A stretch of DNA of 39,354 bases from Acidimicrobiia bacterium (GCA_029858875.1 JAOUEE010000003.1:1-39354); one strand, 5' to 3'; shown: positions 21,270-30,408, counted from the first letter of the stretch. Made by a program: numbers and translations. The notes: a model not told the origin generated them from the sequence alone.

Positions 21270-22103
21270 TCAGGGCGAGCCGGCCGGCCAGTAGAAGCCC
21301 CCGGCGGTGCCCGGTCCGGTGTGGGCGGCGATGCTCGGCCCCACCCGGTATCGGGTCACGTCCAGCACGTGGTCCAGGTCGGCGAGCGCCCTCTCGAGGT
21401 ATCGGCAGAACACGGCGGTTGCCGGATCGGCCAGGCACACCGCGGCGCGGATGGGCCCCTCGATCTGGAGGAAGGGCGCCAGCAACAGCTCGTTCAGCTC
21501 GTCGACCGTGGTGCCAGAACCCACCTCGTGGATGTCCGATCCCACCCCGGCGTACACCGCGGCGGGCTCGTCGGTCAGTCGGTCTGCCGCTATGCGGCCG
21601 CCGGCCGAGACGAACTCCAGTCCCTGTAGCAGCACCGATGTGCCGATGCGGGGGGTGAGGGATCGGGCCCAGGCCATGGCCGCGTCGGGCGCGCAGCCCT
21701 GCTCCATGGCGACGGCCAGTTCCCACAGACAGGCGGTGATGCCGAAGGACGCGGTGCCGCTGTCGATGATGTGCACGGGCACGTCGCTGTGCTCGGCCGC
21801 CACCTCGGCGCTGTTGACGCAGCCCGAGAAGTCCGATCCCACGAGCACGGCGATGATCTGTCGGGCGCCGCGGTCCACCATGCGGCGGTACGCGGCGACG
21901 AACTCGCCAGGCGACGGCTGGGCGGTCTTGATCAGTGGCGGGGGATCGGTCAGGTGCTCGTAGAACTGGTCGGCGGTCAGGTCCACCCCCTCGCGGTAGT
22001 CGCGAGCGCCGATCGAGACGGTGACCGGCACCACCTCGACGTCGTAGCGATCCCGCAGCGCGGGGGGAATCTGGGAGCTGGAGTCCGTCAACAGTCCGAT
22101 CAT
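21270..22103 (-). CDS. DegV/FakB family fatty-acid-binding protein
   Basis: LTDSSSQIP, KTAQPSPG, FSG, IIDS, GGRI, IAAHTGPG. Confidence 0.92.
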   Translation of the reverse strand: MIGLLTDSSSQIPPALRDRYDVEVVPVTVSIGARDYREGVDLTADQFYEHLTDPPPLIKTAQPSPGEFVAAYRRMVDRGARQIIAVLVGSDFSGCVNSAEVAAEHSDVPVHIIDSGTASFGITACLWELAVAMEQGCAPDAAMAWARSLTPRIGTSVLLQGLEFVSAGGRIAADRLTDEPAAVYAGVGSDIHEVGSGTTVDELNELLLAPFLQIEGPIRAAVCLADPATAVFCRYLERALADLDHVLDVTRYRVGPSIAAHTGPGTAGGFYWPAGSP

Positions 22104-22119
22104 GAAGGAGGGAACCCGC

Positions 22120-22734
22120 TCACCCGGCGGAGACTTCCTCGACGCCTTCCTGGAGGAACCGGATGAGGATCGCCGTACTGCTGACGGCGGCGGCGATCGG
22201 GAGTGCGGCCGATGGCGGCGGGCCCCACAGGTTGGGCCAGCCCTTGCGCCACCACAGCAGCGACGACCCCACCCACGCCACCGATGCGGCGACCGTGGCC
22301 GCGAAGGTGCGGCGGGTCCAGGAGGGAACGGCGGCGACCGTGCCGGCCACGGCGATGTCGATGGGGACGTAGGCGGGGAAGGTGCCCAGCACCTGTCCCA
22401 CACTGGTGGCCACTCCTTTCCCGCCCCTGAAGCCGTACCACACCGGGTAGCAGTGGCCGATCACCGCGGCGGCCGCGGCGGCGTGGGCACCATCGTCACC
22501 GGCCACCGCGTGACCGATCCGGGCGGCGAGCACCCCCTTGCCGACATCGGCCACCAGCACGGCCGCGCCCCAGGTCTTACCGATGGCGAGGGAGGTGTTG
22601 AGCGCTCCCGGGTTGCCGGTGCCGGCCTCGTGGACATCGAGCTCACCGTGGGTGGCTGCGCCCACGGCGAGCTCGGCCGAGGGAAAGGTGCCGGCCAGGT
22701 AGCCGATGGCCGCAGCCGCGAGCGAGCGCCACAT
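22120..22734 (-). CDS. plsY: Acyl-phosphate:glycerol-3-phosphate acyltransferase
   Basis: GYLAG, GTGNPGALN, DVGKG, GHCYPVWYGFRGGKGVAT; hydrophobic. Confidence 0.87.
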   Translation of the reverse strand: MWRSLAAAAIGYLAGTFPSAELAVGAATHGELDVHEAGTGNPGALNTSLAIGKTWGAAVLVADVGKGVLAARIGHAVAGDDGAHAAAAAAVIGHCYPVWYGFRGGKGVATSVGQVLGTFPAYVPIDIAVAGTVAAVPSWTRRTFAATVAASVAWVGSSLLWWRKGWPNLWGPPPSAALPIAAAVSSTAILIRFLQEGVEEVSAG

Positions 22735-22800
22735 CGTCGCTGACCGTAGTGCCTTTCTCCGGTGCGAGGCGCCGATCGGGGTCGCTACGCTTGTCGGGCC

Positions 22801-22873
22801 GCCCCGTTCGTCCAGCGGCCCAGGACGCCGGCCTTTCACGCCGGTAACACGGGTTCGAATCCCGTACGGGGTA
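22801..22873 (+). tRNA. tRNA-Glu (TTC), CCA not encoded
   Basis: Acceptor GCCCCGT/ACGGGGT, anticodon arm CCGGC-CTTTCAC-GCCGG, T-arm ACGGG-TTCGAAT-CCCGT; TACGCT -10-like box upstream. Confidence 0.97.
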
Positions 22874-23083
22874 CTCGCGCGGTGAGCAGCATCACGTGTC
22901 GCCTCGCCAGACGGCTGGTTCGAAGAGCGTTTCGTCGGCTCGACCGGACGGGTACAGGGCAACGATCGTCCGCGGCCCTGGGGCCTGGCGATGGCCATGC
23001 TCGATTCGGCCGGCCTCGTCCGGTGGGCGCATCAGCCGGCCGCCGGACCAGGGATCCGGAGGCGGGCGACATCGCCCGAGACC

Positions 23084-23173
23084 CCCGGTGATCAGCACTA
23101 CTTCGCTGACGGCTCGCTTTCGTCATACGACGCGCCCGCAGCCGAGCTGCTCATGGCGCGGGTGACCGAGTTC
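23084..23173 (+). pseudogene. Remnant of a dienelactone-hydrolase-family C-terminus
   Basis: PGDQHYFADGSLSSYDAPAAELLMARVTEF resembles the PGxxHxFAD...SYDxxAAxLxxxRVxxF end of actinobacterial DLH proteins; no upstream portion recognisable. Confidence 0.6.
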
Positions 23174-23332
23174 CACGTCCGCGTCTCGTCGGATTCCGAC
23201 GAGTCGGCCTGTGCTCGACGCCTGGATCAACGGATCCTCCGCCGACGATCATCTCCCGATCGGGTGTCGCGGTGTCTGATCGATCGGCCCCCCCGGTGGC
23301 CTCGCTCCCTGCCCGAGCGGGTTTGGCCGCGC

Positions 23333-24154
23333 CTACGGCACGACCGACCGGACGAAGTCCAGCACCAGTCGGTTGAGCTCGTCGGGCTGGTCGAGCGAGG
23401 GGCAGTGGGCCGAGTGGGCGATGGTGCTGAGCCGGGCGTCGGGCAGGGTCTCCACCAGCTGGCCGCACAGATCGGCGATGCCCGGCAGGTCGTGTGCTCC
23501 CACCACCACCAACGTGGGAATCGCGATCTGCGCCAGACGCGGCCACACCGAAGGGTGATCGGCCGCGTCACCGACGGGCATGGCCCTCAGGGCCAGCCCG
23601 TTCATCTCGATCAGCAGGTCGCGTGGCGATCCGGCGACCCGCCCCTCGGGCTGCTCGACGCCGTCCAGCCAGTAGCGGACCTCGAGGTGGTTCACCAGAT
23701 CGAGATCCCCCGACGCCTCCGCCTGCTCCAGGAGCTCGTCCTGGTCGGCCTCGGCGGGAATGGTGGCCCAATCGTCGTCGGGAAACCCCGACGGCGAGGG
23801 CGCGATCAAGACCAGCCCGGCGACGTGGGCGGGGTGGCGCAGGGCCAGATCGAGGGCCAGGCCGCCGCCGCGACTGTTGCCCACGACCACCGCCGGACGA
23901 GCCGCGTTCGCCTCGGTGACGGCCAGGAGATCGGCGAGGTCGTCGTGGGGTTCGGTGAGGTACCGCGTGGCACCGAATCCTCGTCTGTCGTAGGCGACCA
24001 CCCGGAAGCCGGCCTCGGCCCACACCGGCGCGCACCACTGCCAGATCCGGCGGTCACCCACCCCCGGGTGCAGGGCCACGATGGGCGATCGGTCACCGGC
24101 CCACGTTCCGACGGCCAGCTCGGCCTGGCCGCTGCGCACCGTGGACGACTCCAT
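23333..24154 (-). CDS. Alpha/beta fold hydrolase
   Basis: LHPGVGD, YDRRGFG, GNSRGG nucleophile, VVGAHD, AHCPSLDQP. Confidence 0.9.
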   Translation of the reverse strand: MESSTVRSGQAELAVGTWAGDRSPIVALHPGVGDRRIWQWCAPVWAEAGFRVVAYDRRGFGATRYLTEPHDDLADLLAVTEANAARPAVVVGNSRGGGLALDLALRHPAHVAGLVLIAPSPSGFPDDDWATIPAEADQDELLEQAEASGDLDLVNHLEVRYWLDGVEQPEGRVAGSPRDLLIEMNGLALRAMPVGDAADHPSVWPRLAQIAIPTLVVVGAHDLPGIADLCGQLVETLPDARLSTIAHSAHCPSLDQPDELNRLVLDFVRSVVP

Positions 24155-24255
24155 CGGTGCAGAACCTAGGACCTCGGGCGGATGGTCGCGTCGGTCGCCT
24201 GCGGCGCCTGCACTGGGGGCGGTTCGGCACCCTCGGCTGACGGTGGCCGCCGCTG

Positions 24256-24548
24256 TTACGGCGATGAGAGGTCGGCCGATGCCACCACCTCGCACTGGTG
24301 CACCGACGCGGCGCAGATCATCGGAGCCAGCGCGTCGGGTGGCCCGGAGCCACGGAACGCCTCGGCATCATCAGCGCCCTCCCGGGCTTCGTACCCGTTG
24401 ATCCGCTCGGTCTCGAGGGGATCGGGCGCGAGGTGGAAGTCGCGGCACCCCTCGGCCGCCCGCGCCGCGGCGATGACGGGTAGACACGCCTTCAGGTACG
24501 GCCGCGGTCGGATTGGGCGACGTGGATGCTTCTGCTCACGGTGATCAT
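24256..24548 (-). pseudogene. Frameshifted antibiotic-biosynthesis-monooxygenase (ABM) family gene
   Basis: ATG 24548 reads MITVSRSIHVAQSDRG then stops; another frame continues YLKACLPVIAAARAAEGCRDFHLAPDPLETERINGYE...AFRGSGP to TAA 24256; span 293 nt, one short of a multiple of 3. Confidence 0.7.
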
Positions 24549-24658
24549 CGGCGCAGTGTGCACGCGTCCCTCGCGTCGCGGCGTTCGCCGACCGTACAGT
24601 GGGGAGCTTCGAGCAGGACGCCGACGGGAGCAGGAGACGCGGCCGAGATGACCGGGGG

Positions 24659-25342
24659 ATGAGACGAGCGTCGGCCAGCGGTCTCGATGGTGACGGTCCG
24701 GTGCCCGAGCAAGGGGTTCGGTACCGATTGACCGGTGGGGCGCTCGCCGCCACGGGCGCGTTGTTCGGCGCCGTCTTGGTGCTCAGCGACGTGTCCGATC
24801 CCGCGCATGAGGCGTGGCGCGATCCGCTCAGCTTCTTCGGGTCGCCCGAGGCCCCGCGTCCCCAGCTCTTCAACGTGGTCCTGGCCGCCCTCGGTGTGGC
24901 GGTCGTGTTCTGGGCCGCCGTTCGGGCGGGGACGGGTCCGCGACCGGCCTTGGCCTTGGTGGCAGCTGCCGGCGCGGCCATGATGCTGCTGGCGCTGTGG
25001 CCGATCGACTGCTCGCCGATCGACGTGTTCTGCGAGGTGGTGATCCGCGGGCGCGCCGTGTCCGATGCCCATGTCGCCCACTCGGTGGTGGCGCTGGTGT
25101 TCTTCGTGCTCCTCGGCGCGATCACGGTGTCGTCGTGCTGGCCTCTCGTCCGCTCGGGGGATCGACGGCGGCTTGCCGGCGCGGTGTTGGTGGTCGGTTC
25201 GCTCGCGTGCGCATTGGTGATCGTGCGGCCGTTCAGCCCGGGGGCCGGTCTCACCCAACTGGTGGCGCTCAGCTGTGCGGTCGGCGGCCTGGCGCTCGGT
25301 CTGTCGACGGCTCGAACAACGGGGACTCCAACGGGACCTTGA
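24659..25342 (+). CDS. Multi-pass membrane protein (DUF998-like)
   Basis: About six hydrophobic segments and a WPIDCSPIDVFC...HVAH loop; start uncertain (24599-24701). Confidence 0.65.
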   Translation: MRRASASGLDGDGPVPEQGVRYRLTGGALAATGALFGAVLVLSDVSDPAHEAWRDPLSFFGSPEAPRPQLFNVVLAALGVAVVFWAAVRAGTGPRPALALVAAAGAAMMLLALWPIDCSPIDVFCEVVIRGRAVSDAHVAHSVVALVFFVLLGAITVSSCWPLVRSGDRRRLAGAVLVVGSLACALVIVRPFSPGAGLTQLVALSCAVGGLALGLSTARTTGTPTGP

Positions 25343-25450
25343 CCGGTCGAGGTGCGGTCGTCGGTCAAGGGCACCGGGTGCCGCTCCGACTCGACGCGCG
25401 TCCGCTGGAGTCGATACTGTCGAGGCATCGATATGAGGGGGCAATCACCC

Positions 25451-26167
25451 ATGCTCGAGTCCACGACGCCCAATCGTCGCCATTTTCGGCTGGTGCCGGT
25501 CGTACTGGTGCTGGCACTGCTCAGCACGGCCTGCAACTACCTGGACTGGGGCCCCGGCGGGCCCGAGCGTCCATGGTGGTGCGATCCCACCGACACCGAG
25601 GTCAATGATGGCCACGGTGGTGGCGCGCATGGTGGCCATCATTTCCCGTACACCGAGCCCAAGGGCCCCCTCACGGCCGGCAACTGCCTGGTGACCGACT
25701 ACATGATCGAGCAGGCTCTTCCGCTGGCCGAGCAGTTCCCGACCGCCGGCGACGCCGAGGACAATGGTTGGTTCCAGCTGGCGCCGTGGATCCCGGGACA
25801 GGGCACCCACCACCTCGACCTCAGCTACGGCATCCCCAGCCAGTTCGACTGGACCCGCCCGACGATGCTCATGTACGACAGCAACAGTCGCAGCGGCCAG
25901 CTCACCGGCATGGTGTGGGCCGTCGCTTCGGGCATGCATCCACCGGCCGGCTTCCCGGGCGACAACGACCATTGGCACGCCCACCAGGCCCTGTGCTTCC
26001 GAAACGGCACCATCATCGGTGACGGGCTCACCGATGCCGAGTGCGCGGCACTCGGCGGGAACAACGTCGATTCCTCCGGCATCTGGCTGCTGCACGTGTG
26101 GCTGCCCGTCTACGACGGCTGGCTGGCCACCGACATCTTCAACAAGGAACATCCCAGCATCAACTGA
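25451..26167 (+). CDS. His-rich lipoprotein of unknown function
   Basis: Lipobox LSTA-C after hydrophobic stretch; HGGGAHGGHH, GTHH, WHAH, LHVW; GAGGGG SD. Confidence 0.85.
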   Translation: MLESTTPNRRHFRLVPVVLVLALLSTACNYLDWGPGGPERPWWCDPTDTEVNDGHGGGAHGGHHFPYTEPKGPLTAGNCLVTDYMIEQALPLAEQFPTAGDAEDNGWFQLAPWIPGQGTHHLDLSYGIPSQFDWTRPTMLMYDSNSRSGQLTGMVWAVASGMHPPAGFPGDNDHWHAHQALCFRNGTIIGDGLTDAECAALGGNNVDSSGIWLLHVWLPVYDGWLATDIFNKEHPSIN

Positions 26168-26177
26168 TCGACCACCA

Positions 26178-26211
26178 CGGGATCCGTCACCGAGCGGGGC
26201 GACGGATCCCG
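26178..26211. terminator. GC-rich hairpin between convergent genes, likely bidirectional terminator
   Basis: CGGGATCCGTC ... GACGGATCCCG perfect 11-bp inverted repeat just after stop 26167. Confidence 0.65.
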
Positions 26212-26248
26212 GCGGTGCGCCGGCGGCACCACCGCTGGTTGAGGTCGA

Positions 26249-27241
26249 TCAGTTGGCGGCGGCGAAATTGTCGCCGAGGCCCGCCCGATCGATGCAGAAC
26301 TGCCACAATGCGGCGCGACGAGCCGGTGTGTCGGTCTTGCGGGTGCGGCCCAGTTTGTGGATCGGTCTCACCCGGCGATCCAGCCAGAAGCGGCCGTTTT
26401 CGCGGCCGGGCTCGTCGGCCGCGGCCAACCACACCATCGTGTCGGCGCCCTGAGCCGGCGTCCGCAGCAGCGGGCCCACCACCCGGCGGAAGGTGGGGAG
26501 CGACTCGGCCACACCCGGGGTGTCGGCCCAGCCGGGATGCAGCGCGTGGAAACGCACTCCTGATCCGGTCGGGTGGGCGGCCCACATCTCGTTGAGCGCC
26601 ACCTGTGCCCGCTTGGCCCGGGCGTACTGCTCGGAGCCGTTGTAGTCCCCGGCCGGCATCTCCAAACGGTCGACTCGCAGACGGGTGGCGTACATGCCAC
26701 CCGACGACATGGTGATCACCCGCCCGGGACGGTGCTGATCGCTCAGCCGATCGAGGAGCAGCGCCGTCAACAGGAAGGGACCGATCACCTGACTGGCCAC
26801 GGTGGCCTCCGAGCCATCGGGTGCCTCGGAACGGGTGTCGGCCAGAGCGCCGGCATTGTGGAGCAGGGCATCGACGCGCGGGTGCTCGGCCCGGATCTGC
26901 TCGGCGGCGGCGCGAACCGCGGCGAAGTCGCCCATGTCGGCGATCACGATGCCGATGGCGTCGTTGCCGCTGACCCGCCGGATCTGGTCCCGGACCGCCT
27001 CGGTCTTGTCGGGGTTGCGGCCCAGCAGCACGAGCTCGGCACCACAGCGAGCCAGCTGCTCGGCCGCGGCCAAACCGAGGCCGCTGGTGGCGCCGGTGAG
27101 TACCATCACCCGACCGTGCAGGTCGTAGTCGTCGAGCGGCTTCCAGTCGTCCAACCGGGACCGGACGGCGTAACCCAGTCGGGTGAAGCTGGTGACCACC
27201 GGCGCCTCGATGGCGGTGTCGAGCAGGTCGGCCACGCCCAT
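26249..27241 (-). CDS. SDR oxidoreductase (DHRS12/retinol-dehydrogenase-like)
   Basis: TGATSGLG, HNAG, MSSGGMY, YARAK, HPGWADTPGV; overlaps upstream stop (TGATG). Confidence 0.92.
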   Translation of the reverse strand: MGVADLLDTAIEAPVVTSFTRLGYAVRSRLDDWKPLDDYDLHGRVMVLTGATSGLGLAAAEQLARCGAELVLLGRNPDKTEAVRDQIRRVSGNDAIGIVIADMGDFAAVRAAAEQIRAEHPRVDALLHNAGALADTRSEAPDGSEATVASQVIGPFLLTALLLDRLSDQHRPGRVITMSSGGMYATRLRVDRLEMPAGDYNGSEQYARAKRAQVALNEMWAAHPTGSGVRFHALHPGWADTPGVAESLPTFRRVVGPLLRTPAQGADTMVWLAAADEPGRENGRFWLDRRVRPIHKLGRTRKTDTPARRAALWQFCIDRAGLGDNFAAAN

Positions 27242-27699
27242 CAGGTCACGTCGCTTCGATGGAGGGCCGATCCTTGCAGAGCCTGACGCAGGCCAGCAGC
27301 AGCTCGATTGCCGACGCGACCGAACACCAGCCGAAGGCCCAGTTCGCCCACCCGGAGGATGCCGTTGAGCGTCAGCTCGGCGTCGTAGGTGACGGCGCAT
27401 CCCTCACCGTCGGGTTCGATGGTGATCAGGTCGGTCGACGTGAGCGCAGCCGATCGAGCGACCACCAGTAGCCGCCTCGGCGCGTCATGCTCCATGGTCC
27501 GGTACCGCAGGGTGAGATCTCGTCCTGGACCAGCCACCGTCACATCGAAGACGCCGCCGGGACCGCCGCCCTCGCCGGCGACCTGGCTCACGGCGCGAAC
27601 GCCCGGGTCCCAATCGGCGAAGTTCCGCAGATCCGCCAGGTAGGCGAACGCGGTCTCCGGGGGGTGGGGTGATCGGATGCGAGTGGTGTAGCGAGCCAT
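27241..27699 (-). CDS. SRPBCC/START-like (polyketide cyclase family) protein
   Basis: AFAYLADLRNFADWDPGV pattern, beta-rich body, C-terminal helix; AGGAGG SD. Confidence 0.87.
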   Translation of the reverse strand: MARYTTRIRSPHPPETAFAYLADLRNFADWDPGVRAVSQVAGEGGGPGGVFDVTVAGPGRDLTLRYRTMEHDAPRRLLVVARSAALTSTDLITIEPDGEGCAVTYDAELTLNGILRVGELGLRLVFGRVGNRAAAGLRQALQGSALHRSDVT

Positions 27700-27798
27700 G
27701 GGCGACCTCCTGGGGCATCTGCTGGTTCGCCGGGCGGAATGATCCGGATGCATCCATCGTTGAACACAGCACGAACCGAAGAGTGTGCACGAAACCGC

Positions 27799-27827
27799 TC
27801 AAGGTCGTCGTGCCGTCGGGCCGATAC
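27799..27827 (+). promoter_or_regulatory. Putative sigma-28/WhiG-type promoter TCAAG-N16-GCCGATAC
   Basis: Near-consensus GCCGATA -10, upstream of SD GAGGAG and ATG 27866. Confidence 0.55.
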
Positions 27828-27865
27828 CCCTCATCGGTTCATTCCCTTCCCCCGAGGAGCCCTTC

Positions 27866-28282
27866 ATGTTCGGGAAAACCCAATCCTTCGATGACTCTGT
27901 ACTGCCTCCCGAGCTGGTGGGTGACGGGGATTCCAACGCCCGCGAGCAGATCGAGAAGCTGTTCACCCCACTGCATGTCTCGGCCGGCCGGACCCTCATC
28001 GAAGCCGGCCACTTCGGTCGCGAGTTCTTCGTGATCACCGCCGGGCGAGCCGTGGTGCTGCGTGACGGCGACGAAGTGGGCCAGCTCGGCGCCGGCGACT
28101 TCTGCGGAGAGATCGCGCTGCTCGAAGGCGAGCGGCGCAACGCAACGGTGCGAGCCCTCACCGACATGAAGGTGTTGGTGGCCAATCCTCGCGAGTTCCG
28201 GGCGCTGCTCGGTGCCTCACCCCGATTCGCCGCCGCGATCCAGGCCATGTCCAGCGCCCGACGGCTGGCGCTGGCCTCCTGA
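27866..28282 (+). CDS. Stand-alone cyclic-nucleotide-binding domain protein
   Basis: FFVITAG, LGAGDFCGEIALL, RNATV phosphate-binding cassette; no HTH or enzyme domain. Confidence 0.88.
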   Translation: MFGKTQSFDDSVLPPELVGDGDSNAREQIEKLFTPLHVSAGRTLIEAGHFGREFFVITAGRAVVLRDGDEVGQLGAGDFCGEIALLEGERRNATVRALTDMKVLVANPREFRALLGASPRFAAAIQAMSSARRLALAS

Positions 28283-28372
28283 CCCAACCGGTGCCATCGG
28301 AGCCGGTTGCCGCTTGCGGGACCGCGATGGTGGCTCCGGGTAGAGTCGGCCCGCCCGACAAGGGGGGCCTCG

Positions 28373-29113
28373 ATGTTCGATCTGGCGACAAGGACGGCGC
28401 TCGTCACCGGCGGCGGCCAGTCCGTCGGCGAGGGCATCGCTCGCACCCTTGGCGGGCAGGGCGCCCACGTGCTCGTCAACGACATCGTCGCTGAGCGGGC
28501 GCATCGGGTGGTCGACGCCATCCAGGCCGCAGGCGGTTCGGCCGAGGCGGTCATCTTCGACGTGACCGACCTGGACGCCGTCCAACGCTCGTGTGCATCC
28601 ACGGGCGTCATCGACATCGTGGTCAACAACGCAGGCAACGGCGGCGCCGAAGGGATGCGACCGCGGCCTTTCAAGGACATGACGCCGGCCGACTGGGAAG
28701 GGCCCATCCGGGTCAACCTGTACGGGGTGCTGCACACGACCCATGCCGTCATCAACGGGATGCTCGAGCGGGGATGGGGACGCCTCATCACCATCTCATC
28801 GGGTGCGGGCAGCATTGGCGTCGGCATCGGGGTCAGCCCCTACTCGGCGGCCAAGGGTGCCGGTCAGGCGTTCATGCGCTCGATCGCCGTCGAGGTGGCC
28901 CGCACCGGGGTGACGGCCAACTCGGTGGCACTGGGCCTGATGGAGAACGTGGCCGGCGGCGAGGTGACCGGGCCGTTGGCCAAGAGCATCCCCGTCGGTC
29001 GGCTGGGGACCCCCGACGACGTCGGGGCGATGTGCGTGTACCTGGCCTCGGACGAAGCGGCATGGGTCACCGGCCAGACCGTGCACGTGAACGGTGGCAG
29101 CCTCACCACGTGA
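28373..29113 (+). CDS. SDR oxidoreductase (FabG-like)
   Basis: TGGGQSVG, VNNAG, YSAAK, GRLGTP, VTGQTVHVNGG. Confidence 0.93.
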   Translation: MFDLATRTALVTGGGQSVGEGIARTLGGQGAHVLVNDIVAERAHRVVDAIQAAGGSAEAVIFDVTDLDAVQRSCASTGVIDIVVNNAGNGGAEGMRPRPFKDMTPADWEGPIRVNLYGVLHTTHAVINGMLERGWGRLITISSGAGSIGVGIGVSPYSAAKGAGQAFMRSIAVEVARTGVTANSVALGLMENVAGGEVTGPLAKSIPVGRLGTPDDVGAMCVYLASDEAAWVTGQTVHVNGGSLTT

Positions 29114-29158
29114 CGGGCACGTTGGTCGCCCGGTCCGGGACCCAACTAGCTTCGCTCC

Positions 29159-30007
29159 ATGACCACCTGTGGGTACATCGGACTGGGCGACATGGGTTCG
29201 GCCATGGTCGAGTGCTTCCTCGCGGCCGGCGGCGAGCTGGTCGTGCACGATCTCGACGTCGAGCGGGTGGACGCCATGGTCGCTCTGGGGGCGTCGGCGG
29301 CGGGGTCCGCAGCCGAGGTGGCGCAACGGTGCGACGTGATCGAGGTCTGCGTGCCGGCGGCCCACCACGTCGAGGCCGTGCTCAACGGTCCCGACGGGGC
29401 CGCCCGGTCAGGCCGCGCCGGAACCGTGGTGCTGATCCACTCCACCGTCCATCCCAAAACCGTGGTGGCCGAAGCCGAGCGGGCCCGGGCCTGGGGTGGG
29501 CAGGTCTTCGACGTCTGCGTCGGCGGTGGCGTGGTCAACGCCCGGGAGGGCGAGCTGACCCTCTTCGTCGGCGGGCTGGGTGACCTGGCGCCCGAAGTCG
29601 TCGCCCTGCTCGACGTGTACGGGTCGCAGGTGATCGATGCCGGGCCGGTGGGGGCGGGGGCCGCCCTCAAGATCGGATTCAACGTGATGACCTACGCCCA
29701 GTTCGCCGCCGCCCGCACCGGTGTCGACCTGGTGAAGGCCCACGGCGCCGACCCCGAAGCGCTGATCGACGCCTGGCGCCACGTGGGCCAGCTGGGTGTC
29801 CTCACCGAGCGGGCCCTGCCTCTCTTCTCCATGACCCCCGACCAGATCGAGGAGCTCGGCATGGCAGGGTTCATGCGGGGTCATGTCGAGCTGGCCGAGA
29901 AGGACCTGACCCTGGCCCGTGAGGTGGGTGGCGCCGCCGACGCCATCAACGGCTTCCTCGACGGTGTCCGCCGGGCCATGCCGTCCGTCTACTCCCTGGA
30001 GACCTGA
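29159..30007 (+). CDS. Beta-hydroxyacid dehydrogenase family NAD(P)-dependent oxidoreductase
   Basis: YIGLGDMG, HST, VGGG, GAGAALK, KDL. Confidence 0.88.
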   Translation: MTTCGYIGLGDMGSAMVECFLAAGGELVVHDLDVERVDAMVALGASAAGSAAEVAQRCDVIEVCVPAAHHVEAVLNGPDGAARSGRAGTVVLIHSTVHPKTVVAEAERARAWGGQVFDVCVGGGVVNAREGELTLFVGGLGDLAPEVVALLDVYGSQVIDAGPVGAGAALKIGFNVMTYAQFAAARTGVDLVKAHGADPEALIDAWRHVGQLGVLTERALPLFSMTPDQIEELGMAGFMRGHVELAEKDLTLAREVGGAADAINGFLDGVRRAMPSVYSLET

Positions 30008-30408
30008 TGAGCACCGATGACCCCACCGCCTTCGAGCGGGGACAGGCCATGATCCGAGAGGTGTACGCCGGCGCCGTGGCCGACATCCCCAAGGGCCTGA
30101 TTCCGTTCAACGACGTGATGATCGAGACGCTCTTCGCCGAGGTATGGACCCGCGAAGAGCTGTCCATCCGCGATCGACGGCTTTTGATCATGGGGGTCAT
30201 CGCCGCGGGCGGGAACATCGAGGTGTGGAAGATCCAGGCCCGAGCCGCACTGGCCCGGGGCGAGCTCAGTCCGGCCGAACTGCGCGAGACCCTCATCACC
30301 CTGGCCCCCTACGCCGGGTACCCCAACGTGGCCGGGCTGGTCGGCGAGGCCGAGGGACTCATCGCCGAACACGAGCGCGAACCGGCGACCCCGAGCGACG
30401 CGGACTGA
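30007..30408 (+). CDS. Carboxymuconolactone decarboxylase (CMD) family protein
   Basis: FAEVWTREELSIRDRRL, ELRE, YAGYP; no CxxC; TGATG coupling. Confidence 0.88.
   Translation: MSTDDPTAFERGQAMIREVYAGAVADIPKGLIPFNDVMIETLFAEVWTREELSIRDRRLLIMGVIAAGGNIEVWKIQARAALARGELSPAELRETLITLAPYAGYPNVAGLVGEAEGLIAEHEREPATPSDAD

Noticed and set aside
22801-23332. Active prophage or integrative element at tRNA-Glu
   Set aside because: No integrase, phage genes or duplicated tRNA 3' end seen in the window.
22991-24169. 392-aa plus-strand ORF
   Set aside because: Mostly antisense to the hydrolase at 23333-24154; only the 30-codon DLH-like piece looks protein-derived.
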